From Macrostomum lignano (lineage: Eukaryota), in assembly GCA_002269645.1 (NCBI GenBank), contig NIVC01000824.1, positions 1 to 39,896 on the forward strand: DNA of 39,896 nucleotides, in the 5' to 3' direction. Of this stretch, positions 32,101-39,896 are shown in pieces (position 1 is the first letter of the stretch; every line of letters begins with the position of its first letter). The position numbers and the translations under genes were made by a program. The notes beneath the pieces are model-generated. The model did no database searches. It was not told the DNA's origin and saw only the letters and a program-made list of their open reading frames with translations.

Positions 32101-35100
32101 AGAAGCGTCATATAAAAATCACAGAAGCGTCAAGTAAAAAATCATAGAAGCGACGGGAAGCGTCATATAAAAATCGTAGAAGCGTCATATAAAAACCATA
32201 GAAGCGTCATGTAAAAATCGTAGAAGCGTCATGTAAAAAATCATAGAAGCGTCATGCAAAAAATTATAGAAGCGTCATGTAAACAATCATAGAAGCGTCA
32301 TATAAAAATCATAGAAGCGTCATTTAAAAATCATAGAAGCGTCATGTAAAAAATCATAGAAGCGTCATGTAAACAATCATAGAAGCGTCATTTAAAAATC
32401 ATAGAAGCGTCATGTAAAAAATCGTAGAAGCGTCATGTAAACAATCATAGAAGCGTCATGTAAAAAAAATCATAGAAGCGTCATGTAAAAAATTATAGAA
32501 GCGTCATGTAAAAAATCATAGAAGCGACGGGAAGCGTCATATAAAAATCGTAGAAGCGTCATATAAAAACCATAGAAGCGTCATGTAAAAAATCATAGAA
32601 GCGTCATGTAAAAAATCATAGAAGCGTCATGTAAAAACTCAGGGAAGCGTCATGTAAAAAATCATAGAAGCGTCATGTAAAAAATCATAGAAGCCTCATG
32701 TAAAAAATCGTAGAAGCGTCATGTAAAATATCATAGAAGCGTCATGTAAACAATCATAGAAGCGTCATGTAAAAAATAATGGAAGCGTCATGTAAAAAAT
32801 CGTAGAAGCGTCATGTAAACAATCATAGAAGCGTCATGTGAAAAAAATCATAGAAGCGTCATGTAAAAAATTATAGAAGCGTCATGTAAAAAAATCATAG
32901 AAGCGTCATGTAAACAATCATAGAAGCGTCATGTAAACAATCATAGAAGCGTCATTTAAAAATCATAGAAGCGTCATGTAAAAAATTATAGAAGCGTCAT
33001 GTAAAAAATCATAGAAGCGTCATGTAAACAATCATAGAAGCGTCATGTAAAAAATCATAGAAGCGTTATGTAAACAATCATAGAAGCGTCATGTAAAAAA
33101 TCAGAGAAGCGTCATGTAAACAATCATAGAAGCGTCATGTAACAATCATAAAAGCGTCATGTAAACAATCATAGAAGCGTCATGTAAAAAATCATAGAAG
33201 CGTCATGTAAACAATCGTAGAAGCGTCATGTAAACAATCATAGAAGCGTCATGTAAAAAATCGTAGAAGCGTCATGTAAAATATCATAGAAGCGTCATGT
33301 AAACAATCATAGAAGCGTCATATAAAAAAATCATAGAAGCGTCATGTAAACAATCATAGAAGCGTCATGTAAACAATCATAGAAGCGTCATGTAAACAAT
33401 CATCGAAGCGTCATGAAATAATCATAGAAGCGTCATGTAAAAAGCATAGAAGCGTCATGTAAAAAGCATAGAAGCGTCATGTAAACAATCATAGAAGCGT
33501 CATGAAAAAATCATAGAAGCCTCATTTAAAAACTAATGAAAGCATCATTTAAAAAATTAAGAAGCATCATGGAAGAATAAAAGAAGTGTAATGTAAAAAT
33601 CAAAAGAAGCGTCATGTCAGACATGAAGGATGTCATGTAAAAATGAAATGCAGCTATAATGCTGTGCTGGAAGAAAAACTGAGACGTAAAGGCTCTCAGA
33701 GAATAACTGAGATTACGAAGGGGGGGGTTGTTTCTGGGATCTCAAAGCAAAAGTCAGAAGCTACTTCAAAGTTCATGTACTTTACTCAATTTTTTATTGC
33801 ATTCTTTGTTGGCTCGCCATGGGGGGTGCTGATAGAAGAAGAGTCATGTAAAAAATAAAAGTAGCACTATGTATACATAAAAGACAAGTCATGTCGAAGT
33901 TAAAAGATTCATTTGGGAATTGCTACGATGTCAAAGCTTGGTGGAAATCGTTATAGTGCTGTGATTCTTAAAGAAGGAATCACTAAAATGTCAAGGCTTA
34001 GGGGAGAAGAATTGCTGAGATTTCAAGGCTTTAGGTTGGGTTAAAGTTAGGTTTAGGTCAGGTGTGGGTTGAGGGTTATATTTTATCGGGTTTCAAGGTT
34101 AACAGTGGATTTTTTAGATTTCAAGGTTTATGGGGGCCATCGCTGACATGTCAAAGCTTACGGACGGGGGGGGGAATAGCTGAGATGTCAAGGCTCACGG
34201 GGGTATAAATGAGATTTCAAGGCTAAAGTCAGAAGCTACATGTAGTTTATTGAAAACTTTTTATTACATTATTTGATGCCTCCTCAGGCGAGGGATCGCT
34301 GATAAAAAAAGCGTTATGTAAAAAATAAAAGAAGCTTATCGCTATAATGCTGTAGTAGTGCTATAATGACTCTTAGAGAGAATTACTGAAATTTCAATGA
34401 TTTAGGGTTAGGTTAGGGTTAGGGTTAGGGTTAGGGTTAGGGTTAGAAGGTTGACAGATATTTTTAGATTTCCAAGGCTTATTGGGGCATTGCTGAGATG
34501 TCAAGGGGGGAAGTTGATATGTTAAAGCTGGGGGGGGGGGGAATTACTGACATGTCAAGGCTTACAAGGTTTGACAGGAGATTTTTTAAGATTTCAAGGA
34601 TACATGTAGCTTATTAAAAAAACGTGTATAGCATTTCTTTGGCTCCCCAACGGGGGCGTAGATTGCTAGTAAAAACTAAAAATTAGTTAAAGCCAGACAT
34701 TCTTCAAATTAAAATTTCTTCCCTCAAAGCCAGTTGCATAGAACTCAGGCCTGAATAAACTCAAACAACAGACTCACCGTGTTAGCAAAGTTGACAACTT
34801 CTTTCGCTACTTTTATGGCGCCGTCTGAATTTCTAGAAAAGTGGCCATCCTACAGTGCATGGTTTGTGAGTCAGTTTGCAGTCGGACTTGAGAGCTGCCA
34901 ACCAAAGAGTCTAGAAGTCATGCCAAGTCAGCTGGCCCCTGAGCACGCACTCAAAACGGGTGTGTACAGCGGCCCCTGACTTCTCATCGCGTCAGGCATA
35001 CACACACTCCTCGCCCTTGTGAGTTGGACCTTGCGGAATCGAACCAAGGACCAAGGTCCAAGTAGAAGGACGGGAAACTAGGTAACTTTGAATTTTTTAG

Positions 35101-36250
35101 GAGGCAGTCTTTAAGAAATACATGACGGAGAATGAAGGTTTCATTTTTCAGCAAAAAAATTGTTATTGCTTTTCGCATAGGAGAGACCCAAAGTTCATCT
35201 TTTGATATGTCCTACCTTTCTGATAGTTCTGTTGATATTCACAGAGCATTTCGTTTAGAAAATTTGGCTTTTATGTCTTACAGATATTTTACAGATGGCA
35301 CAACTCGACTCATTGGTATTATGAATCTTTTTTATCATTCTGTTACACATCTTGTTACACAGTCACAAGGCAAGACAGAATATGTGGGTATCTTACCAAT
35401 CCTTTGTCCAAGTAGAGATGCAGCTGAATAATGTAGGGACCATTTTTTGTCAGGAATCTGAACTGCTGGCTGAGGCCAACGCTAACGTGAAGTAGTTGAA
35501 ACCTGTCCTTTAAAGGCTTTTTAAATTCGCGCATAGTTGCTCTGCGGACACGTCTGAGCGGCTGAAACTGAAATGCCGTGTTGCGTCACTGAGCATGCGA
35601 GGTTATGAGCGAGTTCACGAGTGACATATGATCAAAGCAAGGACGGGAAATCTCGTCTATTAGAAAACATTTGGGGGGCTGCTCTGCGCCAAAAATATAC
35701 TTTGTACACTACGGAGATAGCACATAAAAGCGATTAATTTTTTCATTGGTTTTTCATTGGTTTCTTCTGTAAAAACGTTCTTATGAAGGTGTATTTAAAA
35801 TTGTACATGCCTTCTTCTATTTAAAGTAAAAATTCATAAAAAATATGACTGGGAAGCTTTTTTTAACAAATAAAAGACTTGATTTGAATCCCGTCTCTCT
35901 CCTTTAATCGTCTTTGGATCAATGTTCTCTATGTTGAAGATCTACATTTATGCATCAAAATGCAGGTGCATAGATGCTAGTTAAATAGTCACACCTAATA
36001 AATTTTGCACTCACCATTTCTGACGATTTCAAAGGCTCTGGTAAATAGGTGTCTTCTAAAGAGTGAAAAAATTAGTGTTTAGATTGGTTTATATCAAAAC
36101 GTTTGACGTACGATATGTTGTGCCATAAAATCGAAATTACTAAATTATAATCGGCAAAAGTATACTGTCACCTTCTTGGCCTGATGCGATGGTAAGCAGA
36201 GTAATCAACGTTACGACTGAAGCGCAATAGAAGGCAAGCGTCCAACGCAT
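23130..36250 (-). CDS. ADAM/reprolysin-disintegrin paralog 3 (529 aa); exons 36250-36172, 36037-36015, 35561-35397, 34849-34778, 26020-25842, 25430-25337, 24815-24548, 24212-23969, 23595-23130
   Basis: Signal MRWTLAFYCASVVTLITLLTIASG, RVRR, AKEVVNFANT|LLKPFN, HELSHRIGASHD, CLMN, disintegrin domain. 1590 nt in frame. The exon 8 donor gtccgt is weak but gives the same 244-nt length as in the other paralogs. Confidence 0.85.
24330..24530 (-). mobile_element. SINE-like fragment sharing the family B central domain
   Basis: Minus strand: AAAGTCAGAGCCGCTGTACACCCTGTGTGCCTGCTCAGGTGTCAGTGGAATG. Its 3' part resembles 37590-37745. Confidence 0.6.
24935..25255. repeat. 21-bp minisatellite (GGTCGCTAAGGAATCCTCTAG and variants)
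   Basis: Tandem units in paralog 3 intron 24816-25336. Confidence 0.92.
25485..25745. repeat. 12-bp array (CATGAACTCACT-like), inverse orientation of the 19408 array
   Basis: Tandem units in paralog 3 intron 25431-25841. Confidence 0.92.
26163..26602. mobile_element. MITE family 2, copy 2
   Basis: Colinear with 19900-20344 along its whole length. Confidence 0.85.
26687..30670 (+). mobile_element. Non-autonomous Helitron-like element, unit 1
   Basis: 5' A|TCTAAATATACTAAA (a second TCCAATATACTAAAAATCAAAA at 26729). 3' hairpin AGCCCCAACGGGGGTT then CTAG at 30667-30670. Internal duplicated 3' end with CTAG at 29263-29266. Confidence 0.7.
28425..28710. repeat. 26-bp G-rich minisatellite (TGGATATGGATGGGTGGGGGATTCTT), about 11 copies, within a wider degenerate G-rich field (28030-30580)
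   Basis: Direct tandem units. Confidence 0.9.
31304..33640. repeat. ~23-bp AT-rich satellite (AGAAGCGTCATGTAAAAAATCAT), roughly 95-100 copies
   Basis: Tandem units with a variable A-run; degenerates after ~33520. Confidence 0.98.
34402..34446 (+). repeat. Interstitial telomeric repeat, (TTAGGG) about 7 units
   Basis: TTAGGG TTAGG (TTAGGG)5 TTAG; a degenerate copy lies at ~34031-34078. Confidence 0.9.
34930..35045 (-). mobile_element. SINE fragment with B-box and family B central domain
   Basis: Minus strand: GGTTCGATTCC..AAGTCAGGGGCCGCTGTACAC..GTGCTCAGGGG. Confidence 0.6.
35050..35340. mobile_element. Diverged copy of the 13687 MITE family
   Basis: CAAGTAGAAGGACGGGAAA left end; internal TTTTCAGCA..AAAATTGTTATTGCTTTT..ATCTTTTGATATG matches 13790-13850. 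Another partial copy lies at ~35636-35915. Confidence 0.65.
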
Positions 36251-36739
36251 GACTTGGTCTGCAGCATAAGACGCGAATTAGCCGAACACTAAGCGTATTA
36301 ACGTTAATGCTTGATAATTTTCTGTTGCTATATAAAAATATCTAACTGGAGCAGCCATAGAGTATTCCTATCCAATTTGCAGGGCAGGAATGTGAAAGAA
36401 ATCTTCAATCCTTTTAGTGTAAAAGAAACAGCGCGTTTTTGCCATAGACAACTGAATATATTTTAGCGCAAAAATTGAATAAACTATAGACAATTAAAGA
36501 ACACGAAATACTTATTAACCAGTTAGTAAGTTACGATGGATGGTATTTTCATATTGTCAAATTTAATATAATAAACTAATAATTAGATAATATAGTAGCG
36601 CGAAAAACTTGCGAGATTAGCCATTCCGTACGTTAGGATGGTGTTTTTAAATTTCCATTTAAATAGTGAACAAATTGCTAACAAAAACTTGTCTTGTGTG
36701 AGTAATGACTCACCTGCAAATGTCTGGTCAATCACTCAC

Positions 36740-37050
36740 TTATAATAAAAATTGAAGTACAATTATTTTAAAAGGCCCAACCAACTGTTGAGGCTGGCCA
36801 GTTAGAGTACCCGTCGCCGTCGCACCTTCTGACACGTTGGGAGATGCCAGATTGACACTGACAGTCGGAACCGTGGCCGGAGCATCGCAGATCTGAACAC
36901 TATCAATGCGATTTTCCGGGTGAAGACACTCACTGAGACAATTGGATAGCTTCTGCTTCTTCTCGGAACTGATCCTATTTGTGTAACGTTGTACAGACTC
37001 GGCGCTCTTGTGTCCAGTTACAGCCTGAATGTCTTGGACAGAAACTTGGA
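36740..37050 (-). mobile_element. Crypton-like (DUF3504/KCTD1-type) tyrosine recombinase C-terminal remnant
   Basis: QDIQAVTGHKSAESVQRYTNRISSEKKQKLSNCL has the box II GH..S....Y layout (His codon at 37012, Tyr at 36985). A shifted-frame NNCTSIF near 36770 resembles the NCTFNF-type tail. Confidence 0.65.
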
Positions 37051-37589
37051 CAGATAGTATTTCTATTTTAATAAAATTCAAGATATTTAGCAGAGAAACT
37101 GAAATTACAGTAAACTTGAGACATATACGAAGCATTAACCCGTGAATTTTACCACTGGACATCGGCAGCGGGCAGGAAATGAAAATTCGAAAAGATTCAC
37201 ACTCAAATAGTATGGAGTTACCATAGACCGGGCAGGAAATGGCGTTTCTGCCCGCCCTTGCAAATTAGGGTCCTTGTTCATAGTTATCAATTTGTCCTTG
37301 GGCAGGAATATCGATACCATAAACCTTGTGAGGGCAGAAAGATAAAGAATCCGAGGGTCGCGAAGCGGCCGTGAATGGTTTATTCACAAATACTCGTAAC
37401 TTTAACTGCTAGGTTGGTAGGTCGTTTGAGAACGACAACAAACAAACGCAAAGCTTGGGAACAAACGTAGACGTTCGCTGTCACTGACTGAATCTGGGGC
37501 GCCCGGCATCAGCCAGAAGCCAGTCGATGAAACGCCGAGTGCGCACCTCTTCCGAGTTCTCTTCGGAAGTGGTTGGTTAGTCAGTTTGC

Positions 37590-37745
37590 ACTTTTATAAG
37601 GCAAGGCGACGTTTGACCTGCAGTCAGCGAGGAGGCAGTCAGTCATGCCCATTCCGCTAACCACTGAGCACTTATATACGCACACATAAGTAAGCAGGCA
37701 CGCATTTATGGTGTACAGCTCTCTGTCTTGTGTTTGACCCCATGG
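37590..37745 (-). mobile_element. SINE-like fragment related to 24330-24530
   Basis: Minus strand: GCTGTACACC..GTGCCTGC..GCGGAATGGGCATGACTGACTGCCTCCTCGCTGACTGC. Confidence 0.55.
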
Positions 37746-37811
37746 GAGAGAATCGCATAACAATGTGTGAGGTTGCCTGCCAGATGGAGTCACCAACAGT
37801 CTCTCTCCGCG

Positions 37812-38445
37812 TCAAACCTCATCAGTGCAGTCCTCTCCCGTCAAACCTCATCAGTGCAGTCCCTCTCCCGTCAAACCTCATCAGTGCAGTCCCTCTCCCG
37901 TCAAACCTCATCAGTGCAGTCCCTCTCCCGTCAAACCTCATCAGTGCAGTCCCTCTCCAGTCACACCTCATCCGTGCAGTCACACTTCTGTCAACCTCAT
38001 CAGTGCAGTCACACTTCTGTCACACCTCATCAGTGCAGTCCCTCTCCAGTCACACCTCATCCGTGCAGTCCACACTTCTGTCACACCTCATCAGTGCAGT
38101 CACACTTCTGTCACACCTCATCAGTGCAGTCCCTCTCCAGTCAAACCTCATCCGTGCAGTCACACTTCTGTCACACCTCATCAGTGCAGTCACACTTCTG
38201 TCAACCTCATCAGTGCAGTCCCTCTCCCGTCAAACCTCATCAGTGCAGTCCCTCTCCAGTCAACCTCATCGTGCAGTCACACTTCTGTCACACCTCATCA
38301 GTGCAGTCACACCTTCTGTCACACCTCATCAGTGAGTCACACTTCTGTCACACCTCATCGTGCAGTCACACTTCTGTCACACCTCATCAGTGCAGTCCCT
38401 CTCCAGTCACACCTCATCAGTGCAGTCACATTCTGTCACACCTTA
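37812..38445. repeat. ~30-bp minisatellite with two unit types (CCTCATCAGTGCAGTCCCTCTCCCGTCAAA / CCTCATCAGTGCAGTCACACTTCTGTCACA), about 21 copies
   Basis: Direct tandem units. Confidence 0.95.
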
Positions 38446-38969
38446 TCAATAGAATTCTTCCTCAGTTATACCTAATTAGTTAAAGTTCGTTCTCCCAATT
38501 TTTTTTCAACATTTAATATCAAATTTAGGTCTACTTAATAGCTGGTAAATTGATCTAACTTAATTTTGATTTGTTTGCTTTTCAGAGTCTTCATATGTAA
38601 TCGTACAATTTTAGAAAATACATGATTTCTGTGGGCTGTCGACAGCTTTATTTTCCTTGCTAAGCAGCATAAAATAACGTCTTTATATTTTATTCAAAAG
38701 CATTTTTTTATTTACTAATTGCTTGCTTGTTCGAAGGCAAACAATTTTGGCATAAAAACAGCTGCATTGAAGATGCGGCAATAAAAAAAGCGATTTGAGT
38801 GCCCGTTAGAGCAAAAAACTAAATAAGGATCTCTCTTGAGATGCAGCAAGAAAGAGAAAGCTGCAATGGGCGAAACAAGCTCCTCAAAATTGAGCATAAT
38901 GACAGAGGAGAAATCTGAAAGGACCTTTAAAGAAGCAAGAGTTTCTCGAACTGCTTAACGCCTCAATAT

Positions 38970-39896
38970 TTATTCCCCATCAGCGCCTTCCTTGTCCATC
39001 TCTTCGACCTCCTCCTCCTCGCCTTCGACGCTGTCCACTCCGACCTCTTCGTAGTCCTTCTGCATGGAGCCCAGGTCCTCGCGCGCCTCAGCGAACTCGC
39101 CCTCCTCCATGCCTTCGCCGACGTACCAGTGCACGAAGGCCCGCTTGGAGTACATGAGGTCGAACTTGTACGCTAGCCGGTCCCAGGCCTCAGCGATGGC
39201 GGTGGTGTTGCTCAGCATGCAGACGGCTCGTGGCACCTTCGCCAGATCGCCTCCGGCACCGTGGTGGGCGGCTGGTAGTTGATGCCGACCTTGAACCCGG
39301 TTGGCACCAGTCCACGAACTGAATCTCGCGCTTGCTTTTGATCTTCTGAACGGCGTCGTTGACGTCCTTGGAGTTGACGTCTCCCGGTAGAGTAGACAGC
39401 AGGCCATGTACTTTCCATGCCTAGGGTCGCACTTCACCATTTGGTTCGTCGCTCAAAACAGGAGTTGGTGATCTCGCGAACCTTAAGCTGCTCGTGATTG
39501 GCTTTTTCCGTTGAGATGATGGCGCGAACGTTGCTAGAGGAAAGTGGATCTTGGGATAGGGCACAAGATTTGTCTGGAACTCAGAGATGTCCACGTTGAG
39601 GGAACCTTCGAAACGCAACGAGGCAGTGAGCGAAGAAATAACTTGACTGACTAATCTGTTCAGGTTAGTGTAAGTCGGCTTCTCGATGTCCAGGTTCCTT
39701 CTGCAGATGTCGTAAATAGCCTCATTGTCAATAATGAAGGTGACATCGGCGTGTCGCAATGTGCCGTGGGTGCACAAGATGGCGTTGAACGGCTCAACAA
39801 CCGCGGTGCTGACCTGCGGCGCCGGGTAGATGGACGTCTGCACCTTGGCCTTTTTGCCGTACTCGATGACAGCTTGTCCATCAGCAGGGAGGTGAA
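38970..39896 (-). CDS. TUBA: Divergent alpha-tubulin, 3' portion, about six frameshifts (sequencing errors or pseudogene); 5' part beyond the window
   Basis: [103 protein letters not shown], spread over three frames. Confidence 0.95.

Larger units (their letters stand above)
30671..34669 (+). mobile_element. Non-autonomous Helitron-like element, unit 2, head-to-tail with unit 1
   Basis: 5' TCCTATATACTAAAAATGAAAA directly follows the CTAG of unit 1. 3' hairpin GCTCCCCAACGGGGGC then CTAG|T at 34666-34670. Blocks homologous to unit 1: 30730-30850 vs 26800-26900 and 31025-31240 vs 27460-27680. Confidence 0.75.

Noticed and set aside
17680-33640. CRISPR-like appearance of the regular repeats
   Set aside because: The units are contiguous with no unique spacers, there are no cas genes, and the context is eukaryotic.
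31304-33640. Functional link between CGTCA half-CRE sites in the satellite and the nearby CRTC gene
   Set aside because: CRTC acts in trans, and nothing in the sequence supports a link beyond coincidence.
3921-37550. Shared 14-mer CCGAGTGCGCACCT at ~3921 and ~37535
   Set aside because: The match does not extend into the flanks and is insufficient on its own.

Overview
Eukaryotic (animal) genomic DNA, not prokaryotic. GC-rich spliced exons with poly-Ala/Gln, dense minisatellites and TTAGGG suggest a free-living flatworm such as Macrostomum (inference). Exon models were built by hand from GT-AG sites and phase. Left to right: a CRTC/TORC coactivator gene (-, runs off the left edge, one probable 1-nt error); a head-to-head alkaline phosphatase (+) whose ATG seems split by an intron; three tandem 9-exon ADAM/reprolysin-disintegrin paralogs (-), all in frame, with almost no prodomain and a GPI-like C-terminus; a Crypton-like tyrosine recombinase remnant; and a divergent, frameshifted alpha-tubulin at the right edge. 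Non-coding DNA holds two tRNA-derived SINE families (one CORE-like), two MITE families, about eight tandem arrays, and an ~8 kb head-to-tail pair of Helitron-like elements inside one ADAM intron. Best leads: the compact ADAM-like family, exon-limited gene conversion between two paralogs, and the tandem Helitron in which a 2.2 kb satellite apparently arose.
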